Shown here piece after piece: positions 24,084 through 36,136 of a stretch of DNA of 64,000 nucleotides. The notes under the pieces were generated by a model. The model made no database searches. It was not told the DNA's origin and saw nothing but the letters and a program-made list of their open reading frames with translations. Each line of letters starts with the position of its first letter. Within the stretch, counting starts at the first letter, position 1. Made by a program: the position numbers and the translations under genes. Source of the stretch: Octopus vulgaris (lineage: Eukaryota); assembly GCA_951406725.2 (NCBI GenBank), contig OX597834.1:22630001-22694000 (forward strand), given 5' to 3'.

Positions 24084-25105
24084 ACACACACCCACACAAG
24101 TATCTTCTACTATAGCCATGTCACACTATTTTCACTCGGTGCACTTACCTACACATCCACCTTTCCTGCTCCTCCATCCTATTCTGTCTCGTATTCATGT
24201 ACAAGCTCCTCACTTCTCTTTACCTCTCTCTCTCTCTCTCACTTTCCAGGTAGGTAAGCCATGAATTCACCTCTTCAGCAAGATCCCCTATCATAGTTTC
24301 TGATTCTTCCTGTCTATATCCCACTCAGTTGAGGTGTCTTATCTTACAAGCACCTGGTGACCTCACCAACACTGGTGTCACGTAAAAACATCCAGTACAT
24401 TCTGCTAAGTGGTTGGCATTAAGAAGGGCATCCAGCTGTAGAAACCATGCCAAAGCAGACACACAACCTGGTGAAGCCCTGTGGCTCATGTGTTCTTGTC
24501 AAACCATCCAACCCATTTTACCTTTTGTACTTCTTCCTTCCGTGTGGCAAACTTCTTTCGGCTTCCATCTACCAAACTCACAAGTGTTTAGTCAGCCTAA
24601 GGATTATAGTAAAAGACACCCATGCAAAGCGCCACACAGTGGGACTGAATGTAAAACCACATGGTTGGGAAATAAATTTCTTAATCACAGCCATAGGTGC
24701 AGGCGTGACTATGTGGTAAGAAGCTTGATTCCCAACCACATTGTTCAGGGTTCAGTCTCAATGTGTGGCACCTTGGGCAAGTGTCTTCTGCTATAGCCTT
24801 GGGCCAACCAAAGCTTTGTGAGTAGATTTGGTAGACGGAAACTGAAAGAAGCTCATCATATGTACAAATACACATCTGTGTGTGTGTGTGTGTGTGTGTC
24901 TGGTTTTGTCCCCCATCACCACTTGAATACGTACTGGGGTCAATTCATTCAACTAAAAATTCTTCAAGCCAGTGCTCTAGCATGGGCGCAGTCTAATGAC
25001 TAAAACAAGTAGAAGATAAAACCAATATTCATTCATAAGTAAAGATGGAAAAAATAACAACAGAAATCATTCAAAATTAACCCAAAGAGTAAAAAGCTGA
25101 CTTAC

Positions 25106-25324
25106 CAATCCATTTGAATTGAAATCACCAAAGTTCAGTATCTTATGTAAAGTTGTTGTATAGTCTCCAGGGCCCAGCTGCTCTTTTAAATATTTATCAA
25201 TCATTCGAGTGAATTGATCCTGCTTGATTCCTTCCCATGGCTCCAACAGAACTGTGTCCAAGACATTGGTGTTGTCAGGAGCCATGTTCACTTTTACCAA
25301 CAGATTACGGCCCCATAAGAATTC
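25106..25324 (-). CDS. DIPK1A: DIPK1/FAM69 internal exon (ATP-site Lys strand and first half of the EF-hand)
   Basis: aaaaag| EFLWGRNLLVKVNMAP...KILNFGDFNSNGL |gtaagt; 219 nt, phase 0-0. Joins the next exon to give the EF-hand loop DFNSNGLLTYGE. Confidence 0.85.
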
Positions 25325-25486
25325 CTTTTTGAAAAAAAGCAAAAATCAAAATCAAAATGTAAGAATGAATGTTAAGTGCACAAGCACACACACAATAAAA
25401 GGTAATGGTTACTTAAATTCATAATATATCAGTAATACATAACATGTGTGTGTGTGTGTGTGTGCGCGCGCGTGCATGTGTGTGAG

Positions 25487-26060
25487 ATGCAATTTGGTTT
25501 TGTGCCTGGGGAGAGTACCAAAGATGCCATCATCCTAGTGAGACAGCTGCAGGAAAAGTACTTGGCCAAAAGCAAGCCATTGTACTTAGCCTTCACCGAA
25601 CTGGAGAAAGCTTTTGACACAGTTATATGGTGGTCTCTAAGGAAGTTAGGAGTAGACAAGTGGCTTGTTAAAGCTGTCCATGCCATGTACAGTGGTGCTA
25701 TCAGTAAGGTGAAAGTCAACCAAGAATACAGTGACGAATTTAGCGTTCAGGTAGGGGTTCGCCAGGGTTCAGTTCTCAGCTCACTCTTATTCACTATAGT
25801 CCTCCAAGCCATAACAGAGGAATTCAAAACATCAGCATATAGCAGTTCCCATGGGAACTGCTATATGCTGATGAGCTTGCTCTTATTGCAGAATCTTCAG
25901 CAGAATTGGAGAATAAATTCTAGGTATGGAAACAAAACCTGGAATCAAAGGGAGCTTAAAGTTAACCTAGCAAAGACAAATGTGGTTGTTAGTAAGAAAG
26001 AAGATAAAACTTTCTTTCTATCAAGTAAATGGTTCTATATGTAGGAAAGGAGTTGGAAGA
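25487..26060 (+). pseudogene. RTE-clade LINE reverse transcriptase fragment, antisense in a DIPK1 intron
   Basis: MQFGFVPGESTKDAIILVRQLQEKY...LEKAFD...GVRQGSVLS, then frameshifted PWELLYADEL. Confidence 0.9.
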
Positions 26061-26116
26061 AGTGTACTGAACTTATATCGTGCATGACTTTTGGCAAACC
26101 CAGTATGATAATAGCT

Positions 26117-26475
26117 TTCATCATCATCATTGTTTAACATCCGCTCTCCATGCTAGCATGGGTTGGACGGTTCAACTGGGGTCTGGGAAGCCAGAAGGCT
26201 GCACCAGGCCCAGTCTGATCTGGCAGTGTTTCTACAGCTGGATGCCCTTCCTAATGCCAACCACTCCGTGGGTGTAGTGAGTGCTTTTTACGTGCCAGAC
26301 GAGGCTGGCAAATGGCCACGATCAGATGGTACTTTTTACGTGCCACCGGCAAGGGGGCCAGACGAGGCTGGCAACAGCCACGATTGGATGTGCTTTTTAC
26401 ATGCCACCGGCACTGGTATCACAGCTGCAAATTCCATTGATGTTGATCAATTACACTTTTGATTTCGATTTTGAT
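26117..26475 (-). mobile_element. SINE-like family C
   Basis: Reverse complement of the 23830 and 27310 copies. Confidence 0.8.
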
Positions 26476-26799
26476 TTTCCCTTTGTACTTGAAAAATAAA
26501 GCATACAATGATAAGCAGTCTGTAATATGGTTATCAAGCAATAATTATCTCTAATATTAGGAAGTACTTATTTATAGAACAGAATGAGTCAAACTCATTA
26601 GAATTTATGATGATGATGATAATAATAATAATAATAATAAGGCGCAGGAGTGGGTGTGGGGTAAGTAGCTAAGTCAACCTCGGTAGAATTTGAACTCAGA
26701 ACATAGCAACAGGCGAAAATATAGTACAGACACACATATACATACACACACACACACACATATATATGTATATGTATATAAAAACATATTGAAAGTAGA

Positions 26800-27107
26800 A
26801 ATGAAATTAATATATATAGATACATAATGAAAGTAACTGAACTTGAAACCATATAATAGTGAAAGTATAGAGATGTTATTGTTTCACTTTTGACATGTAA
26901 TACTGAAACAGTGTCAGAGATAAGAGATTGCTCCGGGCTCGCATTAGGCGTGAAGATTTTTTTTGCCCATGATACTGCATGGACCCTAAGTAAGGCATGT
27001 GTAAAATTTGAATGAAATCAGTTGGGTAGTTCTCAAATTTAAGTGATGCTGACATACAGACCTCCCCACACACACACATTCTCAGTTTTATATATATATA
27101 TATAGAT
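26800..27107 (-). mobile_element. Non-autonomous Helitron 5' portion
   Basis: On the - strand TCTATATATATATATATAAAACTGAGAATGTGTGTG...ACTGATTTCATTCAAATTTTACACA, a typical Helitron 5' start. Confidence 0.5.
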
Positions 27108-27309
27108 ATATATGTATGTATATTTATGTATATATATATATGTATGTGCATATGCGTATGTATACGCATATGAATGTATATATATGTGTATATATATGTT
27201 TGTGTATATGCATGTGTATATGCATATGTACATATATATATATGGGACGTAGTCAGTCCACCTGTGCATACCTTCCTTCTTGTGACACTTGTGAAGACCT
27301 GTTGAGGCA

Positions 27310-28028
27310 AGTGAGAATCGAATCGTATCAAATCAAATCGAACCAAATCAAAATAGATGAACATCAATGGAATTTGTATCCTTGTGGTACCAGTGCCGGT
27401 GGCACATAAGAAAACCATCCGAACGTGACCGTAGCCAGTACCGCAATGACTGGCCTCCGTGCTGAGGGCACGTAACAAACACCATCCGAGCGTGGCCGTC
27501 CGCCAGCCTCGTCTAGCACCTGTGTCGGTGACACATAAGAAAACACCATCCGAGCGTGGCCGTCTGCCAGCCTCGTCTGGCACCTGTGTCGGTGGCACAT
27601 AAAAAACACCATCCGAGCGTGGCCGTCTGCCAGCCTCGTCTGGCACCTGTGTCGGTGGCACATAAAAAACACCATCCGAGCGTGGCCGTCTGCCAGCCTC
27701 GTCTGGCACCTGTGTCGGTGGCACATAAAAAACACCATCCGAGCGTGGCCGTCTGCCAGCCTCGTCTGGCACCTGTGTCGGTGGCACATAAAAAACACCA
27801 TCCGAGCGTGGCCGTCTGCCAGCCTCGTCTGGCACCTGTGTCGGTGGCACATAAAATCACCCACTACACTCTCGGAGTGGTTGGCGTTAGGAAGGGCATC
27901 CAGCTGTAGAAACACTGCCACATCTGACTGGCCTGGTGCAGCCTTCGGGCTTCCCAGACCCCAGTTGAACCGTCCAACCCATGCTAGCATGGAAAGCGGA
28001 CGTTAAACGATGATGATGATGATGATGA
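27310..28028 (+). mobile_element. SINE-like family C with expanded internal 63-bp repeat
   Basis: Family C 5' part (GAACATCAATGGAATTTG), six tandem 63-bp units, core and (GAT)n tail. Confidence 0.8.
27476..27855. repeat. 63-bp minisatellite, 6 copies
   Basis: AAAAAACACCATCCGAGCGTGGCCGTCTGCCAGCCTCGTCTGGCACCTGTGTCGGTGGCACAT in direct tandem, no spacers. Confidence 0.95.
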
Positions 28029-28253
28029 TATATATCATCATCATCATCATCATCGTTTAGCGTCCGTTTTCCAGAAGAGGAGAAGAACCTGACGGAACGG
28101 GAAGTAAAAAGGGGTTTGGCTTCGAAAGAAAGGGATAAATGGAAGTTCTGTTCCTACCGTAGCATGCGATAGATCCGATTTGGATTTGTAATGGGAGTTT
28201 TTTCCAGTATTGGAATGGCATATATATATATGTGTGTATATATATATGAGTGC

Positions 28254-28298
<45 letters not shown>

Positions 28299-28339
28299 AT
28301 TATATATATAATATATATATAGGTGTGTAGAAAAACTTG

Positions 28340-28383
<44 letters not shown>

Positions 28384-28631
28384 CTTGTACTCCCACCATT
28401 GCTTGACAACCGATATCGCTGTGTTTACGTTCCCATAACTTAGCGGTTCCGTAAAAGGCACTGATAGAATAAGTACTAGGCTTACAAAGAATAAATCCTG
28501 TGGTCGATTCTTTTTTTTTCAACCAAAGCGGTACTCCAGCATGTCCGCAGTCACATGACCGAAATAAGTAAAACTATAAAAAAAAAAAACTATGCCATAT
28601 TAATCCCGAACAGGGCCGAGTATTTCTGCTA

Positions 28632-28686
<55 letters not shown>

Positions 28687-29354
28687 CAACAACAGCATAA
28701 AGAGTACTGAATTATTAATGAACTCAATCTAGAAGAGCACAGTTATTTTATTCCTTAGCATTCAGATTCCTCTTTCGATTGTAATGTTGGTGTCCCACCA
28801 GCCACCTGCCATTGGAAAATACTTTACCTTTACACTCAGCATACCTTTACTCTTTTTCAGGTATTCATTACTCATGACCAGACACAAACAATTTCTTGAC
28901 CTTTGACCTCTACACCTAGTAAAACACTATGGTGTGACAGTCAGAGAGAAAGACGGCTGTAACTGTTTAATCCATAAATGGAAACAAGTTATATTTAAAG
29001 ACAATTTATATTTGCTTTGTTTTCCTAAGTTATGTATAGGTTTGTTTTTTTTTTAATAGAGCCAACACTTCTCATATCTGTTGGGTCATTACATTCTGGG
29101 TCATATTGTCACTGTTGGTCCTAATCTACTTATTAACCAACAAGTTGGATCATTCAGAGTTAATCTTATATCTATTATGAGTTGGGGGTCTGCAAACTTC
29201 TTATGTCATTGACCCCTTTATGAAATCGTTGATAACTTATCAACCACTATCATGTAAATGTCTAAAGTAAAATTAAAAAGTATATTTCAAAAAAGAAATT
29301 TTTTTGATTCAAAAATAATAATTACTTTGTTCTTTTATATTATTTCTGCTTTTT

Positions 29355-29497
29355 CATTTCTACAGCTGAATGAACTGGAGCAACATGAAATAAAGTGTCT
29401 TGCTCAAGAACACAACATGCAGCCCGGTCCGGGATTCGAACTCACAACCTCACGATCGTAAGCTCGATGCTCTAACCACTGAGCCATGCGCCTTCAC
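29355..29497 (-). mobile_element. tRNA-derived SINE head (3'-truncated)
   Basis: - strand GGCGCATGGCTCAGTGGTTAGAGC...GAGTTCGAATCCC followed by TTGAGCAAGACACTTTATTTC (SINE body, not a tRNA 3' end). Confidence 0.75.
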
Positions 29498-30175
29498 ATA
29501 CACAAGGTATGTGTTTTACCAGTACGTGGTTTTCTCACACCACTTTGCAAGCAGCTGTTGCAAGCAATTTCGCTTATGTCTGGTCTTGTTTTGGGTAAGT
29601 GGGATCGATAAGTCACAAAGATGACAAAACATTGAATGTCTACCACTCCTGCAAAGGGACCTGGCATGAGCTATTGTACTTATCTATGACTTCTAGGTGT
29701 TTTCTCTCATGCTCATAAATCACAGCCTGCTCACAAACTGACAAAACATGTATCTTGTGTATGTGTGTTCGATATTGTATATATTCCTTGGCCTACTTCT
29801 CATTCATAAATAACACCACATTTATGGTGGTAAAGCAATATATTTGTTGTGATTCTCTATACTCTGAGTTCAAATCCTACCAAAGTCAACTTCACCTTTT
29901 ATTCTGTCAGGGTCATTTAAAAAAAAGGGCCAATTCAGGGGAACTGTTAGGGGAATGGACAAGATGCCTTGTGGTGTTTGTCCCAGCTTTCTGAATACTG
30001 ATGGTGACACCTGCAGTGACACTGGTGCCAAGCAGTATCAGTCCATGGGAATGACACAAAGGAACAAAGCGACTATTGTTTTTAAATCAAGAAATTTTTT
30101 TTATTAATTATACTTTTTAATTTTATTTTAGACATTCTCGTAAAAGGACACCTTTGAGTGCAAAAGTTAACATAC

Positions 30176-30283
30176 CTTGAGGTTTGGCTGCTGTTTTAAG
30201 CAATTTGACAACACCGGCACTCTCTCTTTGCACAAAGAATAACACAATCTACCAGATACCATTCCGTCTTCATACAATTCACA
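30176..30283 (-). CDS. DIPK1A: DIPK1/FAM69 internal exon (N-terminal Cys-rich segment)
   Basis: ttttcag| CELYEDGMVSGRLCYSLCKERVPVLSNCLKQQPNLK |gtatg; 108 nt, phase 0-0. Matches the FAM69 CxxY..G...G..CxxLC motif. Confidence 0.9.
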
Positions 30284-30402
30284 CTGAAAAATAACAAAAA
30301 CAAAACAATGTGAAACAGAAAAAACATTTTTAACAGAATTTTAAATTGAAAGAAAAGAAACACCATTAAAAAGTAAGGTGTGCCCCAGCATGGCCAGTTT
30401 AA

Positions 30403-30844
30403 CCTTTTCATTATTGTATTTATTTTGAGATGCTCTGTGTTTCTTTCAATTACTTCAAATATAACATAGAATTTAGTAAAATAACTTAGTTATCATTCAG
30501 CTAGTGTTAGGAACATAAATTGTGACTAAGGTTTGGTGGAAGATTTTAATTTAACCCTTTCATTACCAACCCGGCTGAAACCGGCTCTGGTTCTGAGTAC
30601 AAATGTCTTGTTTTCATAAGTTTTGAATTCAAATCTTCCACCAAATCTTAGTCACAATTTATGTTCCTAACACTAGCTCAATGATAACAATGTTATTTTA
30701 CTAAATTCTTTGTTATATTTAAAATAATTGGCAGAAACACAGAGCATCTCAAAATAAATACAGTAATGAAAGGGTTAATTTATGAAAAGAAGACATTTAT
30801 ACTCAGAGCCAGAGCCAGTTTCAGCTGGGTTGGTAACAAAAAGG
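30403..30844. mobile_element. Two nested piggyBac-type MITEs in opposite orientation (inner copy 30555-30774)
   Basis: TTAA|CC(C)TTT...AAAGG(G)|TTAA ends for both; the inner copy is 220 bp with TTAA duplicated at 30551 and 30775. Confidence 0.85.
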
Positions 30845-31382
30845 TTAATGACTGGAATCAGTAATAGAAAAGAAAGTCAGAAAACAAGGAGATTGCTCTG
30901 TTTTCACCAGAGAATATTGCTAAGGAGTACAATCAGTTAAAAGAAGAGCAATGTGAGTAAAAAAAAAAGGGAGAACCAAAGCAGTCCCCGTATTCTGCGA
31001 TGATGGATGAGCAGCTGTCCAGCTGGTCAACTGGTGCTGTTACATTGATCGGTTCCAAAATCAATTGGCAAAAATTCTTCAATAAGGTTACTGTTATTGA
31101 CCCTTATGTTTGCTGAAGGAGAGTGTTAAAATAGACAAAATAAAAGCAAGGGCTCTCAACAAACTGGGATCTTTATAAAAAGAGTTTTAAGAGAACAAAA
31201 CACATTGGAGGTGGAGGTACAAGTTAGACAACAGGGGAGAGAGAGCAGGCAGTGTCTTTGACCTTTGCAGGCCTTCTTAAGTATTGTTGTGGCTGATGTT
31301 GAAACTAAACATCTGCTGGTCAACACAATGAGGAGTTAATGATGAAGTTAATCACAAAATAAAAAAGACAATAATTCTATAT

Positions 31383-31441
31383 ACAATCACTCATCAGACA
31401 TTTAACGTTTTAAGTGTGAAATAAAAATATTTCGTGGTTAT
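31383..31441 (-). ncRNA. Hammerhead-ribozyme-like motif, type II topology, one mismatch per stem
   Basis: - strand ataaccac-GAAA-tatttttatt-TC-acacttaa-aacg-ttaaatgt-CTGATGA-gtgattgt. Confidence 0.4.
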
Positions 31442-31539
31442 TCTACCAACCAGGAAGACATGAGATGAAGTGGTGAAATATGATCTTGAGTTGTCTTACA
31501 GAGGTGACGACAAGTGACCAAGACTTTTGGCGATTTGCT

Positions 31540-31875
31540 GTGCTTAAGAAGACACTTCATGACCTGTGCTGATGACATGTAAAAGGCACCTGTGCCAGTG
31601 ACGTGTAGAAGGCACTGTGCCAATGACACATAAAAGGCACCCATGCCAGTGACACGTAAAGGGCACCCATGCTGGTGACATGTAAAGGGTATCCGTACCT
31701 TGTAAAGGGTGACATATAAAAGACATCAAGTCCACACTGTAAAGTGGTTGGTGTTAGGAAGGGCATCCAGCTGTAGAAACCAGGCCAAAAGAGACTGGAA
31801 TCTGAGGTGGCAGCTCCAGTTTATCGGCTCTGGCCAAACCATCTAACCCATGCCGATATGGAAAATGGACATTAA
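31540..31875 (+). mobile_element. SINE-like family C with about 27-bp internal subrepeats
   Basis: GGCACC(T/C)GTGCCAGTGACACGTAAAA-like units precede the family C core. Confidence 0.7.
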
Positions 31876-31879
31876 ATCT

Positions 31880-32297
31880 CTCTTTATCTCTCTTTACTTG
31901 TTTCAGTCATTTGACTGTGGCCATGCTGGAGCACCGCCTTTAGTCAAGCAAACTGACCCCAGGACTTATTCTTTGTAAGCCCAGTACTTATTCTATCGGT
32001 CTCTTTTAAGTTACGGGTGCGTAAACGCACCAGCATCGGTTGTCAAGCAATGTTGGGGGGACAAACACAGACACACAAACATATACACAAACGCATTCAC
32101 ACACACATATATATATATATATACATATATACGACGGGCTTCGTTCAGTTTCCGTCTACCAAATCCATTCACAAGGCTTTGGTCGGCCTGAGGCTATAGC
32201 AGAAGACACTTGCCCAAGGTGCCACGCAGTGGGACTGAACCCGAAACCATATGGTTCGTAAGCAAGCTACTTACCATACAGCCACTCCTACGCCTAT
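31880..32297 (-). mobile_element. SINE family B
   Basis: Full-length family B match. Confidence 0.85.
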
Positions 32298-32551
32298 GAT
32301 GATGATGATTCCAGTAATGATGTTAAATATCTACCAAAAAATGGAATTGGCATTTTCTGCAAGTCACATTGCCTCAATAAGCTTAACATACCTCAACAAG
32401 AAGTAGTTTCAAATATGACATTCATCAATAGCAGATAAACTGATATATAACGCTGCTTTCAGCGATTAAGGGTAATGAAATTTTGAATTGATACTGTAAA
32501 AGGTTAAAGATTTCAACAAATTTTGTGATTCTAGAAGAATGGTTTACTTAC

Positions 32552-32683
32552 CAAACTGTCCCTAATGGATCTTCCATTGCAAGGATCATATAGTGCAACT
32601 ATCACACATAACATGGAAAACAGAAGAATTCCTGTGAATGCCGAGTAAACAAGCATGGTCTTCTTGCTGATACCTAATAAGTT
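32552..32683 (-). CDS. DIPK1A: DIPK1/FAM69 exon encoding the type II transmembrane anchor
   Basis: cttttag| NLLGISKKTMLVYSAFTGILLFSMLCVIVALYDPCNGRSIRDSL |gtaagt; 132 nt, in frame with the next exon. Hydrophobic helix preceded by KK. Confidence 0.8.
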
Positions 32684-33179
32684 CTAAAAGGTAGTGGAAG
32701 AAAAAAGAAAAAGACAAACAAAAGAATTAACATATTTATATATTAACATATTTTATCAACAAATATAAATTAACATATTTAATTTAATACATTTATATCA
32801 AGTAACATTTTTGCATTTATAGAACTTTACACACTTCTAACAAAGATAGATAAAAGCAATACTGTTTTTGTATTACAAAACCCATAAAAACCACACAGGC
32901 ATATAGACATATACACACATGTGTATGTGTATATATATATAAAGTCACAAGACCATTTTAAACTACCTTTTGTCTTTTACTTGTTTCAGTTAATTGACAG
33001 CGGCCATGCTGGGGCACCGACTTTTTTTTACGTTTAGTTTTTTCCAATTGTTTTTGTTTCAGATTATTGACATGTAATTCTTGGAAAACAGTGCAACAAG
33101 TCGAAATAATCAAATTTATTCCAGAAAATTCAACAGCCAATTGTGCCAACCCAAAGAGCTTACATTTGTCATTTTCAGG

Positions 33180-34062
33180 TCAGACAAGCACCATCTAAAC
33201 AAGCAATACTCAACTAATTCCAGTGGTTTGAGCAAGATGGGGCTGTGAATGATTTACCATATGTGTGAAGGCCACATTCAGGGAGGCCTCAGGACAACAT
33301 TCAGCATGTGAAGTGGAGTATTGAAGAAGAGCCTCCAACATCCCAGCAGCAGTCCCATACACCAAAGCTCACTACAGACTATTTAAAGGGTACTGAATTT
33401 ATCCCCGTATTAAGTGCAGCTAGTGCAGGAACTGAAGCCAGCAGATATACGGTTGATTAGTGTATGCTGCCCAGATTCAAGAAACTCTAAATTCAATTGG
33501 CCCTCACATTCTGATTTGGTGGCTCCAGACTTTTTCTTGGAGGAATATCTGAGAGACAGAATCCACCATAACAAACCTTGGCCCATCCAGCAATTTAAGA
33601 TGAAGAAATTGAAGGAATAAGCCAAGAAACATTACAAATAGTGATGGAACACTCTTTAGAAAGAGCTAATCATTGTCAAGAACAAAATAATGGCCAGTTG
33701 GAGGGACATAATTTTCAAAACTAATTAAAAATATTTTCCAAGAAGAGAATTTATTGTTTATAAAACAATAAATGTGAATATTTAACCCTTTTGTTGCCAA
33801 CCTTCCAGAAACCAGCCCTTGTTCTTTGATGAAAACTTCCTCCTTTGAAGCGTTTTAAATTAAAGCCTACCATTAAAATTTCAAGTTAATTTATGTTTCA
33901 AACACCAGCTTAATTAATAACAAATATTTCAGTAAATTCTTCTTTTTTTCGAAATTACTCAAAACAAAAGCAGTGTATATCAAGAAAAACATGGTAACAA
34001 AAGGGTTAATAAACAAAATATTATATTTTGAAATGGTCTGGTGACTTTTGCATCACCCTGTA
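33180..34062 (+). mobile_element. Mariner-like (DD41D/DD37D-type) transposon remnant
   Basis: NWPSHSDLVAPDFFLEEYLRDRIHHNKP resembles WPPRSPDLxxxDFFLWGYLKxxVY; TIR-like end TTTTGCATCACCCTG|TA. Confidence 0.6.
33786..34005. mobile_element. piggyBac-type MITE, 220 bp
   Basis: TTAA|CCCTTTTGTTGCCA...TGGTAACAAAAGGG|TTAA; same family as 30555 and as fragments near 7900, 13300, 15300 and 15600. Confidence 0.85.
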
Positions 34063-34479
34063 TATATACCCTATTTGATGGTATATAAGATATACTTTTT
34101 ACCCAAAAAAAAAAAAAAAAAAAACTAAAAAATAATCAGGGCCCCACCACGGTCCTTCATTACATGCTTTAATGGATTAAAGACTATTTTCATCCTGAAT
34201 ATGAGCTGCTGAAGTTGGGGTATGTATAACACGTTTATGCATCTTTTATGCCACCAAATACAGTAATATTCACATATACAATGGCACCCATGCCAGTGCC
34301 CCACCTGTGTGTGCACATATGTATATACACATGTACGTACAAACATATGCACAGATACACGTGCATATACATACACACACATACATGGTGAAAAAAAAAC
34401 AGGTCCATTCTGCCAATGGAGTTGGTTCTTTCTTCATTGGCGAAGAAATTTGGAAAATAAAACGAGAAGCAAACATACA

Positions 34480-34498
34480 TACACACACACACACAGAT

Positions 34499-34539
<41 letters not shown>

Positions 34540-35095
34540 CATGTATATATACATATAAACATACATACATATATATACATATATACATACATACATATAT
34601 ATACATATATACATACATACATATATATACATATATACATACATACATATATATACATATATATACATACATATATATACATATATATATATATATACAT
34701 ACATACACATTATATATACATACATACACATATATATACATATATATATATATACATACACATTATATATACATACATACACACATATATACATATATAT
34801 ATGATTGATTGATTGATTGATTCTAGTTTCAGCTCATGAGCTGTGGCCATATATATATACACACACACATATATATATATATACATATACATATATATAT
34901 ACACACACATATACATACATACATATATACACACACATATACATGCATATATATATACATACATATACACACACACATAAAGATACATGTACATACACAT
35001 ATGTCTATATCATATATATTATTATACATTACATATATATATAGATAGATAGATAGATATATGCACTTATATGCACATGTGTGTGTGTGTGTACA
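34480..35095. repeat. Compound TA/CA/CATA/GATA microsatellite block
   Basis: Low-complexity tandem runs; source of the spurious YI/CV-rich ORFs. Confidence 0.9.
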
Positions 35096-35228
35096 TTAGT
35101 AATTAGTAAGGGATTTCACCAAATGTTTAATGGTTTGCACATAGATATTCAAAACAGGTTATTCAAAAGGAATTAAAGGTAATACTAATGCTACTTCATA
35201 TAATCCTTATTATTATTATTGATTTATA

Positions 35229-35269
<41 letters not shown>

Positions 35270-35277
<8 letters not shown>

Positions 35278-35413
35278 TGTGTTGAATTTATGGAGAGAAA
35301 TCCCCTAAAACTCATCATTAGTTAAAAATAGAGAAGACAAGTTGTTAAAATATAAAAGCGAATAAAAGAGAGTTTTATGGGATTTCTTCCCATAAATTCA
35401 TCACACATCATAT
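35270..35413. repeat. Inverted repeat / MITE-like element with about 44-bp arms
   Basis: ATATGATGTGTGTTGAATTTATGGAGAGAAATCCCCTAAAACTC versus its reverse complement at about 35369-35413, 4 mismatches. Confidence 0.75.
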
Positions 35414-36136
35414 ACAAGTATTATTTTCATATTCACAAATTTACACCTGTAAACTACGAGCAAAACATGAAGAATCAACATTAGAAATCTTTTTTGGAAA
35501 CTTCCAAATTAAAGGCCAAATCTACATTCAACCTTTTTACACCTATATACATACATCCATACACACATACTTGCATAGAATATAAAGTAGTCACGCACAC
35601 ATATATATATATATATCTACCAACACATTCAGTTCAAACGCTGAAATTTTCTCCATAAAAATCAAACATGTTAAAAACAACTTTTAGACAATTATATACA
35701 TTTTTCTGTCTGTTCCATTGACAATTCTTCTATGAACCAAAATGACAAAATAACGTTAAGAATTCCCAGAGGATGAACAACATTTTGTATTTTCATATTT
35801 CACATCAAAATTTCATTTGAATTGTGTATTTAATTGAAACAATACTATAAAAATATAAGATATATATTAACAGAATAACCTGAAAAATTTTACAGCACTA
35901 GTATTATTTTGTTGTTATTGTTGTTACGGTGGCAACCTGGTAGCATTGTTAGCAAGCCGGGCAAAATGCTTAGCAGCATTTTGTCCACCAAGGTAGACTT
36001 TGCCGTTCATCTTTCCAGGGAAGATAAAATAAGCACCTCAACAAGGGTCGATGTAATTCACTTATCCCAACCCCTGAAATTGCTGGCCTTGTACCAAAAT
36101 TTGAAACCATTATTTTTATTATTATTATTATTATTA

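Noticed and set aside
27476-27855. CRISPR-like array
   Set aside because: Units are directly tandem with no unique spacers; eukaryotic context; part of a SINE-like element.
26876-27990. 324 aa and 208 aa ORFs
   Set aside because: Open only because of the 63-bp repeat and adjacent microsatellite.
29420-29497. tRNA gene on the - strand
   Set aside because: Cloverleaf is imperfect and is followed by SINE body sequence.
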